DNA of 59,045 nucleotides, filler included, from Sphacelaria rigidula (lineage: Eukaryota): NCBI GenBank assembly GCA_964200075.2. It is 6 parts of 6 records of this genome, joined end to end, with 100 filler letters (N's around TTAATTAATTAA, not from the genome) between each part and the next. Parts side by side here need not be neighbours in the genome. Positions count along the whole stretch, not along the records: positions 29,576 to 39,332 come from CAXNAA020007826.1; positions 39,433 to 49,189 come from CAXNAA020007827.1; 4 more parts are not named here. The stretch is one strand, 5' to 3'. A program made the position numbers and the translations under genes. The notes under the pieces are model-generated. The model worked only from the letters and a program-made list of their open reading frames with translations. It made no database searches and was not told the DNA's origin. Below are positions 37,325-49,004 of the stretch, in pieces. Each line of letters begins with the position of its first letter. The stretch's first letter is position 1.

Positions 37325-38790
37325 GTACATTATTGGTCCACATGACGATGAAGAACGCAGGGGAGGGCAGGACGCGAGCACTAAGTCGGGCGCTGAATCA
37401 GCAACAAGCGATCGGTTTGCTAACTTCACTGTGACCCATCAACGGGGACCAAACCTTGCGTGGGCTGATTGCTAATCAGAGAACATTGAAGAAGCCGGAC
37501 GAGATACCTGCTGAACATGCCAAAGAACCAGAGCCCACAACGATTTCCGAAGCCCGCGCCTCTGCACATGCTGACCTTTGAGAGGGGGCTATGAATTTAG
37601 AGTTCGAGGGCTTGCTCGCTGCAGGGACTTTTACCTTAGTAGGATTGGTTCCGGAAGGGAGTAAGATAGTGAACGCTAAATGTGTTTTCAAATGGAAAAC
37701 TGATGTCAACGGCGAAATCTTGCAGGCTTAGGCTAGGCCCATAGCAAAAGGTTTTAGTTAACGGTACGAGATTAATTTTCTGGAGGTGCTTACACCTACT
37801 ACAAATGCTGCAAAAATTCGTCTCCTCGTATCGTTAGCAAATGCGTATGGATGGGACTTAGTCATTTCGACAACGAGCAGGCGTTCATTCAGTCAGATTT
37901 GGACTATGAGATAGATATACATGAAGCTGACCCCAGGTTGCGGATCAATGTCAGGAAAACATTTCCGCCTTGATAGATAGATCTATTTATGGACTGAAAC
38001 AGAGTGCCAGACAATTCTACAAACTTGTGAAAATTTGTTTCGAACAGTGGCTGTCGGATCCACGCATATTGCGATTGCTAGTGGATGGTAAGTTGGTAGG
38101 AACAGTCGCTTTGCATGTAGATGAATATCATTTTTGGAGGAGCAAGTGGTATGGGTAAGATAGTTGTGGAAGCACTAAATGACCCATTGCCAACAAAGCA
38201 CATAGGCGATCTCACATGGTACATGGGAGTGGAGTACAAGCGTGACAAGGAGAACAGGGTTATCGAGTGGCCACAGACAAGGTACAGTAGAAGCGTGCTT
38301 GAAGGAGTTCGTACGCCCCCCCCCCCCCCGCCAAAAACAAAGTGCCTGGTTTGGGGAGGCAAAACCTCCACGTGAGTCAAAATGAAAAAAGCCGAGCATA
38401 ACGAGCAGCTGGGAATTCCCACGATTGGGCTCGTTCTCGGAAATGTCGCCCATATCAGGCGCTGCTGTATGACCATTGTTTTCGTGCCACTTTTGGGCTG
38501 GTGTTCTGGGGGGGGACTATCGTAGAAAACATCCGCGTCACGCGTCATATTCTTCGACGCGAACAATTTTCCGTCGACGCCTTCGAAGCGCCCTCCGTCT
38601 CAATTGATACCCCACATTCCCCTGCAACTACTGTAGAGCACGGCCTTAATCGTACAATCAAATTGTACGTATGTAATGGTGTAAGCATCTTTGTTGCAAA
38701 GTCACCATACCAAGATTGGTATACAGATAGCCGGTAACGCCGAAGCTCAAATAAACTGGATAAACAGGCGCCCTCCTTGCCAGTTCCAGT

Positions 38791-39304
38791 TTGACTTGTG
38801 ACGACTTATAGGCAACCGATTCGACTACCGTACAGTCAGCGCTGACTGTACGGTAGTCGAATCGGTTGCCTATAAATCGTCACAAAAGTTAGTCGTTGGT
38901 TCGATTCCCGTCGGAAGCACTTTCTCTGAAGAAAAAGAGGAAAACTCTGCCTCCGGTAAATAAAAGAGGGTGATGGGGGAGAGTCCAATCCGCGAATTGA
39001 CTGCTAGGGACCCCAGTGCATACTCTGGAAATGAGTGGGGGAGACGAGTTAACTCCGGATGGATACGTGTGGGGGAGACGAGTTAACTCCGAATGGATAC
39101 GTGTGGCAATATTAGACCGATACCGTGAGCGCGAACAGTTGAACAGCGCTGGCAAGAGGAGTCGCCCTCCTCGGAGTGATTGTGCAGAGATCGAACCTCC
39201 ACGACTTACTTTTGTGATGATTTATAGGCAACCGATGAGACTACCTTACAGTCAGCGCTGACTGTACGGTAGTCTCATCGGTTGCTAATAAACCGTCACA
39301 AACT
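38791..39304. mobile_element. ~510-bp element with loop-less palindromic termini and inward-facing tRNA-like A/B boxes
   Basis: Palindromes at 38796-38885 (44/45 pairs) and 39211-39302 (41/46 pairs), both centred on AGCGCT. CCAGTTCCAGT flanks both sides (38780-38790 and 39305-39315). Internal 34-bp tandem duplication near 39035-39105. Confidence 0.75.
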
Positions 39305-39332
39305 CCAGTTCCAGTCGGATCGACAGTATAAA

Positions 39333-39432
39333 NNNNNNNNNNNNNNNNNNNNNNNNNNNNNNNNNNNNNNNNNNNNTTAATTAATTAANNNNNNNNNNNN
39401 NNNNNNNNNNNNNNNNNNNNNNNNNNNNNNNN
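39333..39432. other. Artificial contig spacer
   Basis: N44-TTAATTAATTAA-N44. Confidence 0.98.
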
Positions 39433-39548
39433 TCTCCTCTTCTCGTGTCTCCCGCGCTCCCCCCCTTCTCATTTTGTCATTGTCCACGTGTTTTTTTTTG
39501 TCATCAATTGACCCCCGAACGCAACGCACGCACACATGACACAAAAAG

Positions 39549-41020
39549 TGTGTATCAAGCACGCGCAGCAACGGAGTGTACAGCGTCGACGTCGTAGAAG
39601 GGAGACCCATGTCTCTGGCCGACTTTAAGGCCTATGCGGACAAACGAGCGCCGTTTCCGTCGTCCACGGCCAGGGCGGGGTTTCCAGGATGTCCAGCAGG
39701 CGTTCGTAGGGGGCGATCATCCGGACCTGCACCAGACGAGGTGACAAGTTGTAGCTGCTGCTGCTGGTGGTGCTGCTGGTAGGCCTTGTCTACTCGAGAC
39801 GAAAAAATGATGAGACTTGTGAGAATGATGACAGTGACGAGCAGCCCACGTGTGTCGAACCATTTCAAGTACCCTTTTACATTCTCGTCGGATTGTTCCT
39901 CCATTCTATTAAAAAATGAATTAAAAAATGGTTGATTCTGATAAGAACGAGAGTGAGAATGAGGACCCGAAAGGGAACGTGAAATGGTTGCTACACGTCG
40001 GCTGTTCGTCATGGAATATGTTTTACCGTCTCATTCTAGTTTATTTTCGTCTCGAGAAGACGCGCCCTTTTTTGTCATTACTGCTGCTGCTGCTGCTGCT
40101 GCTGCTGTTTATACTGCTGTTTGCTGCTGTTAATACCAAGTGATGTTTGAATCGTTCCTACTGCTGCCTCGCCGTAGTGTGGCCGCTTCCTCAAAACTAC
40201 GAGTTGTCACTTTTGACGTTTTGAACGTGGAGACCCGAGTTTTACCCCCTGGTGTTGAGTCTTATTTTTCTCGTGTCTCCGTGTTTGTAATGCTGCTTTC
40301 CTCCTCGCTTGAAACGCAGAGAGGAATAGATGACGACAGCGGCGAAGACGACCGCCGAGATAGCGCAGCCGCAGCCGCAGCCGCAGCTGCAGCTGCCGCA
40401 CCCGCCACTGGCCGCGGAAGCCGCAGGGGTGACCACGGCGGGCCAGAGTCAGAGATTTCTCGGAGGGTGCGGATGTTTTGGCGATCCTTGGGCCCCAACT
40501 GCGAAGCGCCGCTGTACGGAGCAGACACTTCGGGAACACTCTTTGCCGAGGACGATGGACATGCGTGGAACGTTGGACGATTGGTGAGTACTCTTTTGTA
40601 CGGTATAGAGTACGATGCATTTGACCTCCGAGTGATGACATTTTGGGACCCAAAAATGATGACTCGAGTATACTGTATATGACACACGGGTGGTATGCGC
40701 CGTATTCTACGGTACCCGGTTGATCATTACGAGTGAGGCGGGGGACGGGGGGTGAGGGTGTACTCATGATCTTGTATGCCGTAGTCACATGACTATTGAC
40801 TTCGCATCCCTACAAAGCCGGGACGGAGCACGCCGGGTTTTTGACGGACCATGCGGGGTGGGGGGGGGAAGCATTCGGCTTCTCCCACAAATCATACCAC
40901 GGTGATTTCATCGACTCCCTCCCCGATGAAGCAGATTTTTGTAGGGTTGCGTGCCAGTAGGATTTGACGATATTTTCGCGTTGTACTGTATGTACAGGTG
41001 TAAATATAGATCGTCTCGAT

Positions 41021-41051
<31 letters not shown>

Positions 41052-43252
41052 TTTATCGGTGGTCCTGCCTATAGGTGCTGGGCGAAGGCGCCAGCCTGAT
41101 TGAACTTGGTTGAGATCCTCAAGATCATGACCTGTGTAATACACTGAGTACAGCCGGTGAGGGTAACAACTGGCGATGTCGGTTCTTCAATATTATGTTG
41201 ATTATTATCGGTACGTATGCTATACTTCGATGATTTGAACCCTGGTTCGTTTCTCTACTCTCATACCTGCCCTCTTCCCTGTAATCGGGGGGGGGGGCGG
41301 GAGGGGGGGGAGCGCGTGGTGCGACGAGAGGTGTGATGAAAGTCTGGGGGTAGGTGAGTCACAAGGTTTTGCGTTTGCAAAAAAGAGATACTTTGATACT
41401 TGTATGTAGGCCTTCGGGGCGGTGGGTTGACTCTCGGAATAATCATCACCGGCTACGCTTCAACCCCGGTGACGGCGCCGACGCCGATGCTATTGCTGAG
41501 CAGCTCCTCGCTATGTTATAGGCACCCCCTCCTTGCCCCCCCCCCTCCCCTCCTTCCTTCGAGGGTTGGTAGTAACCATGACAGTGATCTTCCTTCGAGG
41601 GTTGGCGTCGGTTGGCAACGACGCTATAAAACACGTGACTCATTGTGAAAGCTAGGCAACCAGGTCACCCATTTTTTTTTCTCGCTCGCGCTTTTTTTAT
41701 TTAGTGTGCGGGGTGAAAAACCTAAACTGCGCCCAAAGGGGATGATCGTACTACGTAGTGTATATTGTGAGACTCATGAGACAGTGCTAACCCGTTGCTA
41801 TGGGAAACGTTGTGGGAAAATGGGATCACGAGGGAAATGTGGAGGATAGTGAAGATGACAGAATGCGCCAAAAATGCCATGATGCTCGAGAGGGAAATAT
41901 CGGACTTTTTTTTATATTTCACAAGGAGTTGCACAAGAATGTACGTCATTACCCACTTTATTCAAAGTATTTATTATTGACCTGATAATAGTAGAGGCAG
42001 CAAAGCAACAAGTCAAGGTGGGGGAAGAAGCGTTATCAGGATTGGTGGTCGCGGATGGTTTCGTGGGAATATCAGAAACACCGGAAGGATTACGGAAGCA
42101 AATAGAGGAGGCGCTAGAATACACTAGGAAACAGAGAGCGACAGTGAACGTCAACAAATGCGCGGTATTTGTATGTAACGAAGATAAGAAGACCCGGTAG
42201 AGTTCAAATGAAAGTGGGGACAAATGGAAGTGCCGACCGTAGACCGGTATACGTGGGGATATAAAAAATGTTGTCAGGTTGGGGACCTGGACCTGCCAGA
42301 AGGTGCAAGAGATATACCAAGAGTCGAGAGGAGGAGGAAGATGCACAGAATTGCCCCTGTGGCAAAGCAACAGAGAGTCGGACTCACATATCGGCAGAGT
42401 GTGAACTGTACAATGAGGAACGGGACGTGCTAGAGGGGGAAATGCGGGACGTAACCGAAGGTGGCTTGAAATCGTTTGATGTGTAACACAGTAGGGAGAC
42501 AACGATGGCTGTACTAGGAGATAGGTGGTGACCACAGACGGTGAAACAGGACGGGTATGATTGAGTTTAATTTTGACCGATTGATTGATTGTCGCACTCG
42601 AACTGACGCCCCAGGGGTCCAGCCGTGGTCTCATGATAGACGTACCCAAGAAATGAGATACGTAAAAGGTCCTTGTATAACGTAAGAAGGAAACGTAATG
42701 ACCACCGAAATGTTGGAAATGTCTATATTATTATAGGAGTAGGATCGGTGCTCCGTCTCGAGAGGGACGCGTAGTCAATGTTCATGTGAGCAGGGCGAGC
42801 AACAAATGAGTACGCCCCCCTCCCCCCGCCCCCCCACAACACAACACAAGCTCCTGACTTGTGTAAAGTACTTTCATCAACGCGGTTGTTCTTCACGTAT
42901 ATCCAGTGACCCTATGTTGAGGTCAACTTCGCCTGATGTGGCACCCAAATGGTTCGAAGAGATCAGTGAGTCGTGATCGTAGGGTTGACGAGCCCCCTGC
43001 CCGCTCCCCCCCCCCCCACATGCACACCCTCACACACACACACACACGTCAGGACACGATTCTGCAGCTGCTGAAGGCTAATCTCCCGGGGATCACGACG
43101 TCCATGCTTTACGCCGGGATGTGGCGGAGCATGTTCGCGTTTCACGTGGAGGACGTGAATCTGTACTCGATCAACTATTTGCATCGAGGAGATCCCAAGT
43201 CTTGGTACAGCATCCCTCCGGGCTCGAGACAAAGGTGTGAAATCATTTTTCC

Positions 43253-43283
<31 letters not shown>

Positions 43284-46200
43284 GGGGGGTACCCATAAAT
43301 CCTTTTTAAAAGTGTTTTGAAAGATGGGGAAAAAGGTAACAGATATAACGTGTCAATTTTTTTTTTTTNNNNNNNNNNGGGAGGGGGGGGGGGGTGTGGG
43401 TGTCGCGCGGTTTCTCCGTGGGGGGGGAGGGGCGCGGGGGGGGGCGTACCCATGAATCGCTTTCATAAGTCGTTTGACAGATGTCGGAAATGGTACCAGT
43501 TATAACTGGTCATCATCTTTATATTGGTGATAATGGTCGTGATTTTATGAAAAAATTGATGGTTTCAAACCATTTTTTACCGTTACCGGCTTTTCCCCTT
43601 GAAAATTGGCCCAAAGTTAACGTATATTTTAGCTCTAGTGAAGCCAAATCGCGCCAAAACGTACCTCAGGCACGGGGCCTCTGGCGGGCCTCCGCGGGTC
43701 TCAGCTGCCGGGGGTGGACGTTTTGACTCGTAGCTGCGCCGCTCGATGACCAAACCATTATATACCATTCATCTGGTAAATGGTTAGACGAACCATTCCC
43801 GAGCTCTATCGTTGGACCATTGACCATGCATCCCTTTCAAGACTGGGGGGGGGGGGGTATTTCGTATTTTTCTTCCAGTTTGTTCGGTGTGTTGTGTTGT
43901 TCTCGCTGTTCTTGTTTGTTGATGTAGATGTTTTTATTCAGGGTATAGGTACGGGGCAAGTTTAAATTCACATGACTTGCATAAACAGACGAGAGGTAAA
44001 CATTATCCATTTCTCAGATACCACTCCTGTTTTGTTTTCGTTTTCCAACTATCCTTGTATGGTGGCGACTTTTCCGTTTGTTTGTTTTTTTCTATGCGGA
44101 CGGACGACTGACTGCAGGTTTGAGTCCCTTGCCCAGGCCTTCTTTAGCGAGGAATTCCGCGCCTGCAAAGATCACCTCCGGCACAAAACCACCATGATAT
44201 CTCCCACACAGATCCAAAAGGCCGGCATTGGCTACTGCACTGCAGTACAGGTGAGGAGTGTATGTAGCCTTCCCCCCTTTTTTCCGTTGCATTTCACCCC
44301 CCTCCCCCTGTTGGTGATTGAGTGCGAGCCTGGCCCGGCGAAAACCAGCCGTGCTCCGTCCCGGCTTTGTAGGGATGCGAGGTCAATGGTCTTATGACTT
44401 TGGCAGGCATTATCATGAGTCCCCCTCCCCCGCCCCCTTTTCGAGAAGAGTCAGTGATCTTGAGGGACCAACCCCTTGTGCCTTTCGATACTGTCGCGGA
44501 TTGGATCAGCACGTTCACCATTGAGGCCAGAGTACCAATGTTTGAGGGTCAGCCTGAAAATATTGTCCTGAAAGGAAGCCTGTTGCCCGAAGAGCCAATC
44601 CGCTGGCCTCCAAGGTGTGGATCATTTGGATCTTACACGCAATTTTTCAAGTGAAGATGTTGTGGATTCAACAGGTTGCATTGTATTACCCTGGAAAGGA
44701 AGGGTTTGATTCTGTTGTTTTCTTGTTGTAAATGATGTATGCAATTTAATGATCATGATGACAACAGGAAGCCGGCGAGTTCATGATTACGTTTCCTGGC
44801 TCCTATCACGGCGGGTTCAATCACGGGTTCAACTTGGCGGAGTCGACGAACTTCGCCATCGACCGCTGGATAGAGCAGGGGCGCGGTGCCGGGTACTGTC
44901 GGTGTAGTCCTCACAGTGTAAGGATCGATGTGGACCGGTTCGAGATCCTCGTGCGGCAGCATCGGTGAGCGATTTTCGATGGTGGTTTTCTTGATGTTGC
45001 TGTTGTCGATATTGTGGTTGTTGTGGTTGCCTTTGGTCTTGGCTTCGTTGTTTGTTGGTGGTAGCCTATGAAATCTGGTTTGAACGTGTTGGAAAATATT
45101 GATCATAGACTATATATTCATCTTTTCAGACAAAGTAAATAATTTCGAGTTTTCAATAAAATAAGAATCTTCAGTTTGTTCAAGATTTTTTTGTTTACCT
45201 ACAGCTTTAAATTTAACAGTATCGTTGCTGTTCATTACTGTTGTCGGTGTTGTCGGTCTTCATTTCTGTTGCTGTTGCTGTCCCTGTTGCTGCTATTGTG
45301 GCTGTTGAGTATATATATATATATATATATGTATATTTATATATATATATTCCTTGGAGGAAGGAGGAAACCTCACGCAACACTCACCCCGCGATCGAGC
45401 TCGCGAGCCGATTACCCGGAGACTCGGCTAGACCACCGTGTGGCAGTCATATGGAGTAGGCGCCTCGAGCGTTCGGAAAGCTTTGCTCAAGGCAGTGTGG
45501 GGATTGAACCCACCGGAACCCCCTGTCAAGTCGGCGCAGTGCGCGCGCCGCCCTACTCTTATGAGCTTCGACCCTAGCTATTGAACATTGAAAAGGCCGA
45601 CCCAATACTCAGCTTTCTCATTGTCAGGGTCCATACCGCGTGAAAGAAAACATTATGCCCCTTGTGTACGCTGATTTCATGGCGTTCTCTGAACGTGTGT
45701 GTTGTGTGTTGTCATCCCGTCTATTCTGGACGCCGGTCTACACCGTTCGGTATATGTGGGCGCACCAGCCGGGATCACGCAGGTGGAAGGCCAACACAGG
45801 AATTTTTTCTTTTTTCTTTGTTCTAGTTGTCCACCTTCCTTCTGCGGTGCCTACCTTTACTCTTTATCGCGAGAGGGGTTCAGCAGTCCCTTTCCCTCGT
45901 CGACCGCTAGGTCGAATTTTGTGTACCCACGACATGGTCGCTCTCCACTGTTGAGCGTTGTGTGAGAAAAAATCCCAGATCGCTCCGAGATTCGAAGTCA
46001 CGACCCAACCGTCAGAAGCTTTCGAGGTTACCGATTAAGCCACCGGGGTGACCGGCTGTGTATACATCACGAACAGTAGTTGTGAATAACAGTAACTCAC
46101 CAGGACAAACAAAAAACTTGTAACAGGAGGGTCGCCGGTCGAGAAGCGACTTGTCTAGACGGCCTTGCGGAGAGAGCGATTCTGCCCCGTACAGCAGCAA

Positions 46201-48554
46201 CCTCGTCCGCGTCAAAGAGGTCTTCGTCTTCGTCGGGCCAGAAAGGCGGCCGTAAGACCCGACACGTGAGTAACGGTAGAGCTGGACAGTGCGGTATCCA
46301 AGGTGGTCTCTGTGTAGAGGTAGATGTTGTTAGACTCTCTTCTGCCCTACAGACAGTAGCACCGAAGAAGGGGTTCTTGCTGAAGAAGGGCATCAACTCT
46401 GGGCTGTTGTACTGTGACCCCGCTTCGATCATGTCGTGTGTGTTTTTCGTCGTGTCGTGATTCTTGGTTTGTTATTTTGTTGTGTCGTGAGTTACTGTTG
46501 TTTTGCGTTGATTATTGATCATTCTGTGCTTGGTTACTTGTTTTCCCCAACCTATGTTATGGTGACCTTCGCGTCTTGATCAAATTACACATTTTTTTTA
46601 GAAACTGTAATTGTTGCTCTTGATTTATATTTTTTCGTCGCGTTCGGTTTTGCTTCGACTGTGCCATGTGACTGTCTGTGGGCATATATGTCGGACTGTT
46701 GTACGTATCTTATATTCTATCACGTGCTGTGTCGACTGTTGCACGTTGACTCTTTTCTTCTATTCATGACACGTGCCTTGTGCCCGTGCCTTGTGCCCAT
46801 GCCTTGTGCCCGTGCCTTGTGCTCTCGAGCCCACCTCTGCACTTGGTACTCTTTCGTATTCACACACACAAACTGAGCATTACACACACTGAAGACATCA
46901 GAGTATGGCACTCAAGTGATACCGTGTTCCCTTGTTTTACCGTCCAATCTCACCCCCCGCTTCATTTCGCCCCGACTGACTGCACGCCCCATGTGAAACC
47001 ATTTGTAAACACACAACACACTTCAGGCGTCCCCGACAGGCCTCGCGGCGGCAGAACCAGCCGCAGATGGCCGCCGCCGTCGCCGCCGTGGCTCAGCAAG
47101 TTCAGCCGAACAGAACTCAGACGACGGGGATAGCGATGGCGTTAACGAGGATGAGGACGAAGACGACGAAGACGTGCAGGTATTCCAGTGCGTCTGCAGC
47201 ACGCACCGAATCGTACGCCGCGTACGCCGCGTGCGCCGAGAGAGACAAGCAGACGGTGCCGACAGCGATGACGAATACATGCCTAGTTCACCTCCCGTGT
47301 CCACGCCCATAAACGGCGGAGGAGGAGGCGCGGGGGCCTGGGGACGTGTACCCGTAGGCCCCGCTTCGTGGCCTGACGGGAAATTGTCGGCCTGTCAGCG
47401 ATGCGGGGTTTGGGGACACACGGCGTGTTTCGAGTTCGACGCCACGGCGTTCCTCACGAAGGGTGTGAAGGCTGGCGGTGGAGGGGGCAACAGTCAAAAA
47501 CGGGGCAGGGAAGGGGGCAAGCTTCCCACGGCTGCTGCAGCGGAGCCTGCGGCGGCATTGACGACATTGGCGAAGGTCGAGCCTGCAGGGGCTGTGGGAC
47601 AGGTTAGCGGAGAGGCGGCGGGGGAAAGGGAAGCGGAGGAAGCGGGGGGATTGAGTAGCGGTGGGGTGTCGGTGATGGATGTGGATGCCGGTGCCAGCGA
47701 TGGTGGCGAGGGAGATGGAGACAGGGGGGCTAAGGGCGATGGCGACGACGCCGCTGGTGCCAAGGCGGGTGGTGGTCGAGATGCTGAGGCTGGGGGTATC
47801 GCTGATGATGTTGCGGGACTCCCGCCGCCACCGCCGCCGCGGCCGCCGGCGATCTGCTGGATGTGCATGCAGGAAAGGGCGGAATCGGAGGCGGTCAAGG
47901 CGACGATTGCTGCGATGTACGTCCCGTCCGTGGAGGCGAGGGCGGGCTCTACGGCAGGCAGCGGTGGAGCGGCTGCCCCTCGTCGGGCGGGCAAGGTACA
48001 CCATTCAAATCCTTCGCAAGACGAGATCGTAGACGGAGGGGAGTACTATTCAAGGATCAATGATGGAATTGGAAGAGTGCGCACAGCACGACAGTTCTAC
48101 GCTTGACGTTGTCTGAGGAGTAGAGGTGTTGATATCAGTGAGAAAAGTAGTATATCTTGCGTTTGACGTCAGTCGCCGCCCCGCATATACTGCTTTGATC
48201 CGTGCTCCTTCCGCCGTCGCCCCGTGTTTGCCGTTACCGTATCGTGTCTTCATTGGACGAAAACGTATTCAGGCTAGTGGCGGTAGTCCCAACTTGGGCG
48301 GTGGTGACGGGGCGGGCGGTGGCGCGATCGGCGGCGGCCGCAAGGTGAAGCGGGACAAGATCACCAGCAGCCCGATTGGCGTGCGACATAGTGCAGAGAA
48401 CGGAGTAGGACATGGGACGGTCGTCGGCGATGCGGCGGCTGTTGGTGGCGGCGACGGGGGAGTCAACGAGGCCGGGGCGCACGCCGCTGTAGGCGCCGTC
48501 GTTCCCGTTTTGTACAAGCGTGCTCGTGTCAGTCCGCGATTGATAGGGAAAGAG
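39549..48554 (+). CDS. KDM4: KDM4/JMJD2-family JmjC histone lysine demethylase with a C-terminal PHD finger; partial (JmjN start and stop codon not located)
   Basis: Eight GT-AG, phase-consistent exons: 39549-39740, 40320-40583, 43053-43234, 44118-44250, 44768-44964, 46127-46265, 47027-47995, 48273-48554. Motifs: [113 protein letters not shown]. Confidence 0.93.
40320..40583 (+). CDS. KDM4: KDM4-like exon (JmjN-JmjC linker and start of JmjC; poly-Ala)
   Basis: CGCAG acceptor, GTGAGT donor; [31 protein letters not shown]. Confidence 0.9.
41795..42812 (+). mobile_element. Internally deleted LINE of the same family as 1-2498, inside a KDM4 intron; carries a reversed ~90-bp insert (42570-42655) also found at 24190-24275
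   Basis: [72 protein letters not shown]. The 3' end is ATGAGTACG followed by a C-tract. Confidence 0.88.
43053..43234 (+). CDS. KDM4: KDM4-like exon carrying the HxE iron ligands
   Basis: [30 protein letters not shown] acceptor, GTGTGA donor (phase 2). Confidence 0.95.
44118..44250 (+). CDS. KDM4: KDM4-like JmjC exon
   Basis: [50 protein letters not shown] acceptor, GTGAGG donor. Confidence 0.93.
44768..44964 (+). CDS. KDM4: KDM4-like exon with the distal His ligand and Zn-binding CxC
   Basis: [53 protein letters not shown] acceptor, GTGAGC donor. Confidence 0.95.
45360..45580 (-). mobile_element. Probable tRNA-derived SINE (intronic)
   Basis: Minus strand reads GGGTCGAAGCTCATAAGAGTAGGGCGG...GTGGGTTCAATCCCCAC (B-box), followed by an unrelated body and a TA microsatellite. 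Confidence 0.5.
45694..46058 (-). mobile_element. tRNA-derived SINE (intronic)
   Basis: Minus strand: A-box TGGCTTAATCGG, B-box-like ACTTCGAATC, and a CAACACA-repeat tail at ~45695-45712. Confidence 0.6.
47027..47995 (+). CDS. KDM4: KDM4-like exon: acidic and low-complexity sequence with a split PHD finger
   Basis: 969-nt phase-0 exon with FQCVC ... [15 protein letters not shown] ... ICWMC, i.e. C4HC3 ligands. Confidence 0.82.
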
Positions 48555-49004
48555 GTGAGCATGACCCGCAGTGACGACTTACTGCTTTCGGAGCTCGTTA
48601 TGCTGTTGGCGAGAGTCGGGCAATGCTGGGGCTGGGCAGGACAGCGACAGGCGGCAGGGGGGGGGGGAAGGATGTAAATCTCACGTACCGCCGTATTTCG
48701 AGATGCCATGTGAAGATATCTCTGATGAAATAGAACAAATCCGTGGTGAATCGATGGGTCTATTTTAGCAGGTCTGTAGAAGAGAGGGCAGTCGAAGGGC
48801 GTATAGCACAGTACTTCGCCCGACATGCAGCAGGGTTTGTTGCTTTACCTCTCAGGGAGGGGATCATTTATGCCCTCACGGAGAAGAGCTCGACAGGGTC
48901 TCCAAGGTTTTTGCTGCCAACCGTCTATCTGCTACTGCATGCGCTTCCTGTGCTGTGCAATCCGTGCTCACGTTCTTCGTCACCTGCTTCACCTGTGTGC
49001 GCGC

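Larger units (their letters stand above)
31333..38305 (+). mobile_element. Degenerate Ty1/copia element interrupted by a nested LTR element (33919-37324)
   Basis: gag-like KFDGTATEFPSWK; protease EEWYDDTGAPYH, VLYAPHLGNNLFS; FHCIYGHAHEQLLRHTA; NKSPNEMWFG..PFLKPAYC. After the insertion: EPTTISEA, KIVNAKCVFKWK, SIYGLKQSARQF, ALHVDE. The frame LEAY|IIGP is rejoined across the GTAC TSD. Confidence 0.88.

Noticed and set aside
38841-38920. tRNA gene
   Set aside because: A and B boxes are present but I could not fold convincing acceptor and anticodon stems. Treated as a tRNA-derived head; the same applies to ~26750-26825, 45490-45575 and 45980-46058.
47288-48826. Long antisense ORFs (238, 166 and 185 aa)
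   Set aside because: Shadow frames of GC-rich KDM4 exons.
48773-49004. Ninth KDM4 exon after the acceptor TTTTAGCAG
   Set aside because: The phase-0 frame gives an unconvincing peptide that runs into a LINE fragment. The real 3' end may lie beyond the contig.
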